Source of the DNA: an uncultured Thermoplasmata archaeon
Lineage (GTDB): Archaea > Thermoplasmatota > Thermoplasmata > UBA10834
Direction of reading: 5' to 3'
DNA: 64,000 bases
NCBI GenBank assembly: GCA_963719945.1
Contig: CAVRDX010000001.1
Location: 224,001 to 288,000, forward strand
The notes under the pieces are model-generated. The model was given only the letters and a program-made list of their open reading frames with translations, was not told the DNA's origin and made no database searches. Each line of letters starts with the position of its first letter. The stretch's first letter is position 1. The translations under genes were made by a program, and so were the position numbers. Positions 52,995-61,733 of this stretch are shown here, piece after piece.

Positions 52995-53765
52995 CTACCT
53001 CAGTCGTCTCCTGCGATGTCCCCTGTCCAGGTCGCGTATCTTGCCCCTGAGCAGGCTGAACCCCATGATGGCTATGATGAACGCTACAGAGAGACCGATC
53101 ATATATGCGAGGTCTCCGAGGGAACTCTCATACAGCGCTCCGAACGAGGCTGAGAAATTGAACGCGCTGTGCAGCCCAACCGCTCCAAGGTAATACGGCA
53201 GCCAGGACTTTCCAAGGATTCCGCTCTTCGCTATTCCGAAACCGAATAGCGCAGATGCAGTGGCGTGGAGAAGCGCCGAGGAGAGGCTTCTGACGATGGC
53301 TGTGGCGATCCATGCGCCAGCGCCATCGGATGCGTAGGCGCTGAACTCATAAAGGAGGTTCTCTGTCGCTGCAAACCCCAACCCTGCAGCTGCGCCGTAT
53401 ACGATCCCGTTCTCCAGTTCGGTCAACATCCTGCGGGACTTGGCTCTGAAGATTCCGACCGCCTTCGCCGCCTCCTCTACGAATGGCGCGATGACACATG
53501 CGAGGATTAGCAGGGGGATGCTCGGGTTCTCTCCGACGAATTCGTAAAACCTTTCTAGGTTCCTGTTGAAGAATGATGAAAGAACTATCTCCAATGCGAT
53601 CGCGATTATCACGGAGATCAGGGATCCATAGAAGAACACCTTGACGACCGAACCCCACGGTTCGCGTGAGTACTTCTCCGTATTCCTGACCCATACCAAA
53701 TACAGCAGGGATGGCACGAATGCGACAAGAATTATGGCTATAGCGAACAAGACCCAATCGTCCAA
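52995..53765 (-). CDS. PrsW family intramembrane metalloprotease
   Basis: REP, APFVEEAAK, GLGFAATENL, LLHA and LHSAFN. Confidence 0.93.
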   Translation of the reverse strand: MDDWVLFAIAIILVAFVPSLLYLVWVRNTEKYSREPWGSVVKVFFYGSLISVIIAIALEIVLSSFFNRNLERFYEFVGENPSIPLLILACVIAPFVEEAAKAVGIFRAKSRRMLTELENGIVYGAAAGLGFAATENLLYEFSAYASDGAGAWIATAIVRSLSSALLHATASALFGFGIAKSGILGKSWLPYYLGAVGLHSAFNFSASFGALYESSLGDLAYMIGLSVAFIIAIMGFSLLRGKIRDLDRGHRRRRLR

Positions 53766-53914
53766 TACCGCACCATGTCTCGAAGGATTGCCATATTATA
53801 TCAAGATTGACCCAGGGTTGCCTTCGCGGCGAAATGATAGTGATTGAGAATGTCGGAGACAAGAATCAAAAATCCATAAATAGGAAGTATTTTGGAAGGG
53901 GTTTGAGGACTCGC

Positions 53915-54088
53915 TTAGTCCTCCATCTTGATTGCATTGTTAGGGCACTCGTCCACGCAGGCGCCACAGTCCAGGCACTTCTTCTCGTCCACGACTGCGA
54001 CATCCTCACAAGTGATCGCTCCCTCGGGGCAGACATCTACGCAAGCGCCACATGCAACGCATTCATCCTTTGTGATCTTAGCTGGCAT
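53915..54088 (-). CDS. 2[4Fe-4S] ferredoxin
   Basis: Not in the ORF track (57 aa): MPAKITKDECVACGACVDVCPEGAITCEDVAVVDEKKCLDCGACVDECPNNAIKMED; GGAGG SD. Confidence 0.96.
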   Translation of the reverse strand: MPAKITKDECVACGACVDVCPEGAITCEDVAVVDEKKCLDCGACVDECPNNAIKMED

Positions 54089-54281
54089 CTGACTAACCTC
54101 CGTTGGTATTTTTCGGCATTATCTGCCGCCATATAAACTTTCTTGACCGAAACTTATAATGTTAGATTTTTATTCGTCCCTAGAATCTAATTCTGGCAAG
54201 TCGTCATCGAGGCGAGGGCGGGAGTGGTTAGTTCTTCTCGACAAAGTATTTGTTTGGAATGACCCTTCGCTCATATAGAAG

Positions 54282-55355
54282 ATGACTGCAGATTTCATCG
54301 GAAGGTGGATTCTCACTAGTGAGGGTCTCGAGGAAGGATGTCTCGTCCTGGCCGGGGATGAGGTAGTCGATGTTCGCATAGGCAGAGCTCCGCTGGAATC
54401 GAGAAAGTCATTGATCGTTCCATGTTTCGTCAATGCGCATACCCACTTGGGTGATGCTTTCGCATACCCTTCCCCGAAAGGGTCGGTTGAGGAGATCGTC
54501 GGTCCTCCCGATGGCTACAAACACCGCAGATTGAGAGAAGCCGACCGTGACATCAAGGTCCGTGCAATGCAGGAATCCGCCAGATTGATGCTTTCCACTG
54601 GATCGTCTGTTTTCGCAGATTTCCGGGAAGAAGGGGCCGAGGGGGTATGCATGATTCGTGAGGCCATGACTGATTCGTTGCTCAATCCGATCATTCTGAG
54701 CCGCCCATTGAACATCGATGCAGGGGACGTTGAACTGAGGGAAATGCTCTCACTATGCGATGGATTTGGAATGAGTTCGATAAGGGATGTACCCTATGAT
54801 CTCCTTGAGCGTGCATCCAGACTCGCGAGGGCTTCGGGAAAGATATTCGCGTTGCACTCCAGCGAAACCGTGCGTGATGATATCGACAGAGTACTGGACC
54901 TGAAACCCAGATTCATCATCCATATGACCTCTGCTCTCGATTCGGACCTCGTGAGATGTTCCGAAGCGGGGGTTCCCATAGTGGTCTGCCCAAGGTCAAA
55001 TGAGTTCTTCGGCATGGATCCCCGCATACCAACCCTGTTGCGTCACGGGGTGGAGGTCTCGTTGGGGACTGATAACGCCATGATCGCTCCTCCTGATATG
55101 CTTCATGAACTGCAGGCTGCGTATCGGTTGAGCGGACGAGATGGCGGCATATCTCCTGAAACCGCGATACGTCTGGCGACATATTCTGGGCGCAAAGTAT
55201 TAAATGCGGAGCGCATCACTACGGAAATCAGTTGTAATGATGACCTTGCAGTCATCGATGTCACGGGCGATGAACCTTTGACTGAGGTGGCTACTGTTGC
55301 GAGGTCCGCGACCGTATCTGCTATCTCCCTGGGAGGAAGGCTGCGGAGGCCGTAA
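54282..55355 (+). CDS. Amidohydrolase family protein
   Basis: NAHTHLGD, DFRE, HSSE, IHM, CPRSN and GTDN. Confidence 0.92.
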   Translation: MTADFIGRWILTSEGLEEGCLVLAGDEVVDVRIGRAPLESRKSLIVPCFVNAHTHLGDAFAYPSPKGSVEEIVGPPDGYKHRRLREADRDIKVRAMQESARLMLSTGSSVFADFREEGAEGVCMIREAMTDSLLNPIILSRPLNIDAGDVELREMLSLCDGFGMSSIRDVPYDLLERASRLARASGKIFALHSSETVRDDIDRVLDLKPRFIIHMTSALDSDLVRCSEAGVPIVVCPRSNEFFGMDPRIPTLLRHGVEVSLGTDNAMIAPPDMLHELQAAYRLSGRDGGISPETAIRLATYSGRKVLNAERITTEISCNDDLAVIDVTGDEPLTEVATVARSATVSAISLGGRLRRP

Positions 55356-55356
55356 G

Positions 55357-55794
55357 TTGGATGATATCAAGAAGATACTCATAGCCACAGACGGATCCGA
55401 ATACACTAGAGAGGCAGTCACATATGGCCTCTGGCTTGCCAAGCGGCTCGATGCAGAGGTCACTGCCCTGTATGTCATCGACCAGACATCGTTTGTCAGC
55501 TACCCTATGGATTCGTCAATTGTCAGCGTCTTCTCACTCCTCGAGAACGAGGGCAAGAGGGCTGTTGAGGAGGTTCGCAAAGATGGGGAGACGATGGGCG
55601 TGAAGGTCACTCCCATGGTTCTCGAAGGCTCGCCTACTCGGAAGATCATCGATACATCTTCCGATTTCGATCTCGTCGTTCTTGGCACGCTGGGGCGCTC
55701 AGCAATATCCAAGCTTTTTATGGGGAGCGTGGCCGAAAGAGTCACTCGTTATGCTCCGTGCCCTGTCCTGGTTGTTAGGAGCAAGAAGAGGTGA
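55357..55794 (+). CDS. Universal stress protein
   Basis: ILIATDGS, EGSP, GTLGRS..FMGSVAERV and PCPVLVV; TTG start after GGAGG. Confidence 0.95.
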   Translation: MDDIKKILIATDGSEYTREAVTYGLWLAKRLDAEVTALYVIDQTSFVSYPMDSSIVSVFSLLENEGKRAVEEVRKDGETMGVKVTPMVLEGSPTRKIIDTSSDFDLVVLGTLGRSAISKLFMGSVAERVTRYAPCPVLVVRSKKR

Positions 55795-55801
55795 CGGCCT
55801 G

Positions 55802-56644
55802 ATGAAAGTAAAAGAGATAATGACTGAGAATCCAATAGTCGCCGAATTGCCAGGAACGCGTTCCGAAGTGCTGAAGCAGCTGGTCGGTCACAATATCACT
55901 GGCATGCCCGTCGTGAAGACCGATGACGGAACCCTCGCTGGTTTCGTGACTCGTCAGGACATCTTCTTCAAGCCAGAGGAGGAGCAGCTCGCACTCGTCA
56001 TGAAGAGGGACTATCCGTCGATCGGTCCGAACGCCAGCGTCAAGGATGCTGCTCGTATACTGGTCGAGATGGATCTTGGCCACCTACCTGTGGTGGAGAA
56101 AGGCAAGCTCGTAGGGATCATAACTCCCACGGATCTTCTCATCGTGGTCGAGAAGATGAATCCGGAGATATCTGTTGAGGATATCGTTCGGTCTCCCTGC
56201 ATCCCCATATACCACGGGGCTCCGTTGACTGTCGCACTCGCCACGTTCAAGACTGCGAAGGTCTACGCCCTTCCTGTACTGGACGATGACGCCAAGCTCG
56301 TGGGCATCGTGACGGACAGGGACATATTCAATCAGACAATCGTCGACAGAACGGTCGCGATGAGTGACCTCGGGATAAGCGATGGTGACGATAACTGGAC
56401 TTGGGAAGGTCTGCGAAACGTCATGAAACTCTGGTATGAAGTCTCAAAAGTGGACCTCCCGAAATTGACTGTCAAGGATATCATGATCAAGAACCCGATC
56501 ACGGTATTCAGGAAGACTCTTGTTGGAGATGCGGCTCGAGTTATGAGAAAGAACGACTTCGGGCAGCTCCCAGTGAGGGATTCCAAGGACAACCTCGTAG
56601 CAATGATTTATGATATCGATGTTGTATCCACACTCACAAAGTGA
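55802..56644 (+). CDS. CBS domain protein (four CBS domains)
   Basis: VKEIMT, MPVV, LPVV..LVGIIT, LPVLD..LVGIVTDRD and LPV. Confidence 0.93.
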   Translation: MKVKEIMTENPIVAELPGTRSEVLKQLVGHNITGMPVVKTDDGTLAGFVTRQDIFFKPEEEQLALVMKRDYPSIGPNASVKDAARILVEMDLGHLPVVEKGKLVGIITPTDLLIVVEKMNPEISVEDIVRSPCIPIYHGAPLTVALATFKTAKVYALPVLDDDAKLVGIVTDRDIFNQTIVDRTVAMSDLGISDGDDNWTWEGLRNVMKLWYEVSKVDLPKLTVKDIMIKNPITVFRKTLVGDAARVMRKNDFGQLPVRDSKDNLVAMIYDIDVVSTLTK

Positions 56645-56650
56645 TGAGAC

Positions 56651-58345
56651 ATGGACTCGCAGGATATTCTCTCCCTCTGCAAGCGCAGAGGATTCCTATG
56701 GCCCGCCTATGACATATACGGTGGGCTGGCAGGGATGTATGACTATGGCCCGCTAGGTGCAGCTCTTAAGAACAATATGGAGAACCACTGGCGGAGGTTA
56801 TACGTTCTTGGCGAGGGTTTTCTGGAGATATCTTGTCCTATCATCGCTCCGGAGCCAGTGTTCAAGGCGTCGGGACACCTCGATGCGTTCTCAGACATGT
56901 ATGTGGAATGCCTCAAATGTCATGAGAGCTACCGTGCAGACCATCTCGCGGAAGGTCTTCATGGCAACCCCGCGACCCTCAAGGAGGATGAACTGGGCAA
57001 GCTGTTGAAGGACAATGATGTGAAGTGTCCTAGCTGCAAGGGTGACCTCACAGATCCGAGGAAATTCAACCTGATGTTCAAGACATCTGTCGGGGCCGGG
57101 GTCTCCAAGCCGGGATACCTTCGACCGGAGACCGCCCAGGGCATGTTCGTCAATTTCTCCCAGGTCTACAGACACGCTCGCGAGAAACTCCCCGTAGGTG
57201 CGGTCCAAATCGGAAAGGCATTCAGAAACGAGATATCACCGAGGCAAGGCCTTCTCCGTCTGAGGGAGTTCCATCAGATGGAGGCCGAATTATTCGTCCA
57301 TCCAGAGATCAAATCATGGCCGAGATTCTCTGCGGTGAAGGATACGAAGCTGCCATTGGTCCCCAATTCCGGGCAGCCAAGGATGATGACCCTTGCGGAA
57401 GCGGTGGAGCAGAATGTCATTGTCAACGAGGCCCTCGCATATTTCATCTACCTCACATACAAGTATGCATGCGATATCGGATTGGACCCTTCGAGGTTGC
57501 GCTTCAGACAGCATGAGAAGGACGAGATGGCGCACTATGCATCCGATTGCTGGGATATGGAAGCCGAACTTTCGTTTGGATGGATAGAAATGGTCGGGAT
57601 AGCCGATCGGGGATGCTACGATCTTCAGGCACATATCGATCACTCCGGGTCTGAGCTGATGGCGTTCGAGCTATTCGATGAACCGAAGGAGATTGAAGAG
57701 GAAGTCGTGAGGGCCCGGTTCGATGTGATGGGCAAATTGTTCAAGGGCGAGACGAAGAAGATTGCAGACGCCCTATCCAAGCTTCCTGCAGAGTCGGTCA
57801 AAGGAAAGGCCGAAATTTCGTTAGATGTGAACGGAAAGGCGTACACGATCTCCTCAGACTGCTTTGAAGTCGTCATGCGAAAGGAGAAAGTTTCTGGACG
57901 GAAGCTGGTGCCTCATGTGATTGAGCCATCGTATGGTGTGGACAGGCTGCTATATTCCCTCCTGGAGCATTCGTACACGAAGAAGGACGATTATATTGTG
58001 TTGAGGTTCAATGGGCACATCGCTCCGGTGAAAGCTGGCGTGTTCCCGCTCATGGCCCGAGATGGTCTCGACTCTATTGCAACGGAAGTGCATGGTTCGA
58101 TCACCTCTGCTGGCATGACCGCCTATTATGACGATTCTGGTTCGATCGGACGCAGATATGCTAGAATGGATGAGATCGGGGCTCCGTGCTGCGTCACTGT
58201 GGATTACGAGACAAAGACGAACGGAACGGTGACGATTCGTGATAGGGACAGCGCTGACCAGGTTAGGATTAAGAAGGAGAACGTCGCTGTAGCTGTTGCG
58301 AGGATCGTGTCGGGAGCTGGTCTGGGTGCTCTCGAAGGACTCTGA
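56651..58345 (+). CDS. glyS: Glycine--tRNA ligase (archaeal/eukaryotic type)
   Basis: DYGPLG, ASGH, LRPETAQG, FRNEISPRQG, HVIEPSYG and SIGRRYARMDEIG. Confidence 0.97.
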   Translation: MDSQDILSLCKRRGFLWPAYDIYGGLAGMYDYGPLGAALKNNMENHWRRLYVLGEGFLEISCPIIAPEPVFKASGHLDAFSDMYVECLKCHESYRADHLAEGLHGNPATLKEDELGKLLKDNDVKCPSCKGDLTDPRKFNLMFKTSVGAGVSKPGYLRPETAQGMFVNFSQVYRHAREKLPVGAVQIGKAFRNEISPRQGLLRLREFHQMEAELFVHPEIKSWPRFSAVKDTKLPLVPNSGQPRMMTLAEAVEQNVIVNEALAYFIYLTYKYACDIGLDPSRLRFRQHEKDEMAHYASDCWDMEAELSFGWIEMVGIADRGCYDLQAHIDHSGSELMAFELFDEPKEIEEEVVRARFDVMGKLFKGETKKIADALSKLPAESVKGKAEISLDVNGKAYTISSDCFEVVMRKEKVSGRKLVPHVIEPSYGVDRLLYSLLEHSYTKKDDYIVLRFNGHIAPVKAGVFPLMARDGLDSIATEVHGSITSAGMTAYYDDSGSIGRRYARMDEIGAPCCVTVDYETKTNGTVTIRDRDSADQVRIKKENVAVAVARIVSGAGLGALEGL

Positions 58346-58365
58346 AGGGGAGATTAGGAAACAGT

Positions 58366-59688
58366 ATGTCCTCACAATCTTCCAGTGACCCGCCTGATTT
58401 CCACGGATTTCCAAGGCCCGTGGACTTATCCGACGAGTTCCGGAAATACATAGGCAAGCAGGTCAGCTATGCCACTCATGGCATCCATAAATATCCTGCA
58501 AAATTCATTCCTCAAATCCCTAGATTCTGCATTGAATCCTTTTCCAAGGAGGAGGATGTTGTCCTTGACCCGTTCATGGGCTCAGGGACTACGCTCCTGG
58601 AGTCGTACATACTTGGTCGGGAGAGCTACGGCATCGATATCCACCCATTGGCGAGGATGATCGCAAAGGTCAAGACCTCACCCATGGACCCCACGCATCT
58701 TTCTCGCGTTGCGGAGAGACTATTGGACGGCATCCGTTCGGATGATTGTGACAACAGTTCGCTGATTCCTGATATACCCAATAGGGACCACTGGTTCCGC
58801 CCTGAAGTCCTCGGAAATCTGGCTACGATCAAGAAACATGTATGGCGTATACGAAGTGGACCCACACAGGATTTCTTCAAGATATGCTTCTCATCAATCA
58901 TACGGAAGATGTCGAACTCGGACGCTGACTCGTTGATCCCTGAGGTCACGAGCTTCAGGAAGAAACTAGACGAGCAGGGTAAGACCTCGTTCGATGTGCT
59001 CTCCAAATTCGAGAACACGGTTGGCAACAAACTGCTGGATGCCGAGGGACTCTGGAAGATCTCTCAGGAGGTGCAGAAGGATTTCAGAAACCCGCCGACC
59101 ATCAATATAATCGGACGGGATGCAAGGGCCATCGACATGGAAGATTCATCCGTGGATCTCGCTGTCACCTCTCCTCCATATGCCAGTGCTGTCCACTATG
59201 TGAGCGTTCACAAACTGGAGATGTTCTGGCTTGATCTGCTTGACGACATGGCGAGGCTGGATGGTCAGGTTGTCGGGACATCTAGGGCGTATGTCCGAGA
59301 GTATAGACCCTGGGAGCCAAAGACTCGCGTCCCAGAATTAAAACGAGTATTGACTGAACTGATCGAGAATGAGAAGAAGAGCGCGTACATCGTCTACAAG
59401 TACTTCGACGACATGAGGCGGAATCTCTGCGAGATCAATCGTGTCCTTCATCGGAACGGGATATATTGCATGGTTGTCGGAGAGAACACTTTCAGAAAGG
59501 TCAGAATACCAACTTATCTCATTCTGGCACGGATAGCTTCACAATGCGGGTACGAACTCAAAGGGACATATGTCTATGACGTGATCAATCGGCATCTTGA
59601 CATTCCCCGCTGGAACGATAGCCGGATTGAGAGGGATTACATACTGGTCCTTCAGCGGAAGAGAAAACCTTCCATGGATTGTCTCTGA
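58366..59688 (+). CDS. Orphan amino-DNA methyltransferase (probably N4-cytosine, motif I before motif IV)
   Basis: HKYPAKF, DPFMGSGTT and TSPPY; no neighbouring endonuclease. Confidence 0.88.
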   Translation: MSSQSSSDPPDFHGFPRPVDLSDEFRKYIGKQVSYATHGIHKYPAKFIPQIPRFCIESFSKEEDVVLDPFMGSGTTLLESYILGRESYGIDIHPLARMIAKVKTSPMDPTHLSRVAERLLDGIRSDDCDNSSLIPDIPNRDHWFRPEVLGNLATIKKHVWRIRSGPTQDFFKICFSSIIRKMSNSDADSLIPEVTSFRKKLDEQGKTSFDVLSKFENTVGNKLLDAEGLWKISQEVQKDFRNPPTINIIGRDARAIDMEDSSVDLAVTSPPYASAVHYVSVHKLEMFWLDLLDDMARLDGQVVGTSRAYVREYRPWEPKTRVPELKRVLTELIENEKKSAYIVYKYFDDMRRNLCEINRVLHRNGIYCMVVGENTFRKVRIPTYLILARIASQCGYELKGTYVYDVINRHLDIPRWNDSRIERDYILVLQRKRKPSMDCL

Positions 59689-59699
59689 ATCGATTGACG

Positions 59700-60926
59700 T
59701 CATGAGGGCATCCTGTAACCCTCTAGCGGAACGAGTATCTCAAACTTCGCTCCTTTGCCATGCTCGCCCTTTTCCCTTATGAATATGCCCGTCAGATCCA
59801 GAATTTCTCTGGTCACGTACAATCCATATCCAGTATTCTTCCCGTATCCCTTTTCGAAGATGATCTCCTTCTCGTTGTCTGGAATCCCAACCCCATCATC
59901 CTCGAAGCTTATTATCAATCCATTCTCTGTCTGTGTGTCATGAACCCGTATCGTGGTGACTCTGGTTCCGTGCCTCATTGAATTCTCCGCCAGGTTATAG
60001 AAGATTCTCTCGAGCATCATATCCGCATAGATCCGAACTCCACTCAATTCGTTGACCACTTTCACTCCGCTCAAATCCAATTCTGACATCGCCTTATCGA
60101 ATACCTGTCGAACATCCTGCCATTCCGGACTGGTGGAGCCTATCGATTGATAGATTCGAGTGAAATCCAGTTGAGCGCTCATCGACTCCCCTGAGAGGAT
60201 TATCTTATCCAGGTATGACGTCAACTTGCTGTCCTTCGATATCCCCCTGGCTACCTGTGCGTAGCCCAGTATGAGGCTGAGTTGATTTAGGCCATCATGC
60301 CGGGTGACCGCACTCATGAGTCCGAGTTTCTTATTCGCAAGCTTGACGGCTTCATCTGCTTTCCGTCTCTCGACTTCGATTCGGTCCCTCTGCAATCTTG
60401 CGTGCAGCACGGGCGCCACAAAATCCGCAATCGCTTTCACGTGCTTCACATCGTCTTCATGGTAATCGGAGGTCCTGTTCGCTACAGCAAACATGCCGAT
60501 GAGCTCACCCTGGTGAATTATCGGGACGCAGATGGATCTGGTTATAGCAATGTGTCCTGCAGGAACATGATGCGTGCCGTTTGAATAAAGTGCCCTTCTC
60601 TGGCTCAGCGAGCGTCCCCAGATACCTCCCCAGACTTCCCGCGGGAAGATGTAGGTCTTGCCAGGGATCTGGCATTGGTCCCAGATGTCTCTGGTCATCG
60701 AAGGTGCAACCATCGAACCATTCTCATCAATATATGCGAAGATGCCATGTCTGCTGTTGGTATCTCTGAGCAGTACTTTGAGCACTTCGTTGTACATCTC
60801 ATCATCTGGCGAATTCAAGAATATCGGGATGATCTTGTTAGCAATGTCGAGAAGCTGCTTCGAATCGAGGACGGAACCCTCTTCGCATGTCTGGTCGCCT
60901 TCTGCCTCTTTCAACTTCCTATCCAT
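59700..60926 (-). CDS. GAF-domain sensor histidine kinase
   Basis: GAF (RSICVPI..AVAN), H box RHDGLNQL, NLAENSMRHG, DDGVG and TGYGL. Confidence 0.93.
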   Translation of the reverse strand: MDRKLKEAEGDQTCEEGSVLDSKQLLDIANKIIPIFLNSPDDEMYNEVLKVLLRDTNSRHGIFAYIDENGSMVAPSMTRDIWDQCQIPGKTYIFPREVWGGIWGRSLSQRRALYSNGTHHVPAGHIAITRSICVPIIHQGELIGMFAVANRTSDYHEDDVKHVKAIADFVAPVLHARLQRDRIEVERRKADEAVKLANKKLGLMSAVTRHDGLNQLSLILGYAQVARGISKDSKLTSYLDKIILSGESMSAQLDFTRIYQSIGSTSPEWQDVRQVFDKAMSELDLSGVKVVNELSGVRIYADMMLERIFYNLAENSMRHGTRVTTIRVHDTQTENGLIISFEDDGVGIPDNEKEIIFEKGYGKNTGYGLYVTREILDLTGIFIREKGEHGKGAKFEILVPLEGYRMPS

Positions 60927-61121
60927 CCTCGAACCTGCCTGCTTGTGGTATCTACGCGCTAATGATTTAACATAATCGTTTTCCGATCACCATTGATGTC
61001 CTGCCCTTGCCTTTTCCAATCCTTCTGACCCCTCGGGTTGCATCTTCGGGAGCATACATGCGCAGTGAATCGCTATCTTATTATGCCCGGTTTCTAATCA
61101 TGTCTCTGGAAGGATGGGATC

Positions 61122-61664
61122 ATGCCAGTCGAACCGCCTCTTAAATTAAGACTCTCTAGGTTGACCGTCACCAGTCTGAGGAACCTATGCGACGCTCAGA
61201 AGCTATCCGGTTGGTCGAATCTGAAGAAGGATGAGTTGGTCCAGTTCATATTGAAGAATCTCAAGCCAAGGATACTCGAGGATTTCTGTACTGTGCAGGA
61301 AGATATCTATTTCGTGGAGAATATGGCGAAGGCGATCAAGTGGGCCGGGAGCCGGAAAGTCATAGAGCTCGACCCCGAGAGCGATCATACGATCGCGAAC
61401 GCCACATTCACCCTACGCCGGTCCGACGGTTACGAGGTCTATAACATACGTTTCGTTAATCAGACGACGGATGACATCGGTACTTCTTGCGAGTGTCTTG
61501 AGTTCAGGGAGAAGGGGTACTTCTGCGGCCATCAGATGGCCACTCTTGTTCGATGCCTTCAGGAAGGGCTCTTCACGTTGGACAAATGGGCCGGTCCCAT
61601 GACCCCTGAGGTCGAAGACATAATCCTCGCGAACGTGTTCCGGAAGAAGAGGGCCAGACATTAG
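61122..61664 (+). CDS. SWIM zinc-finger protein with N-terminal SAP/Rho_N-like helical domain
   Basis: LTVTSLRNLC..LSGWSNLKKDELV; CxC..CxH motif (CECLEF..FCGH). Confidence 0.8.
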   Translation: MPVEPPLKLRLSRLTVTSLRNLCDAQKLSGWSNLKKDELVQFILKNLKPRILEDFCTVQEDIYFVENMAKAIKWAGSRKVIELDPESDHTIANATFTLRRSDGYEVYNIRFVNQTTDDIGTSCECLEFREKGYFCGHQMATLVRCLQEGLFTLDKWAGPMTPEVEDIILANVFRKKRARH

Positions 61665-61733
61665 ATGATATGACCCTGGCCAGACTGCTCGTTGACAAGC
61701 TTTATCTATGCTTACTCTTTTGTCCCGAAAGTC

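Noticed and set aside
54149-54275. Possible structured leader or sRNA between the ferredoxin and amidohydrolase genes
   Set aside because: An extra TATA-like element is present, but the stems are short and wobble-rich, so not distinguishable from chance.
58366-59688. Restriction-modification or defence island
   Set aside because: Neighbours are glyS and a histidine kinase; no nuclease.
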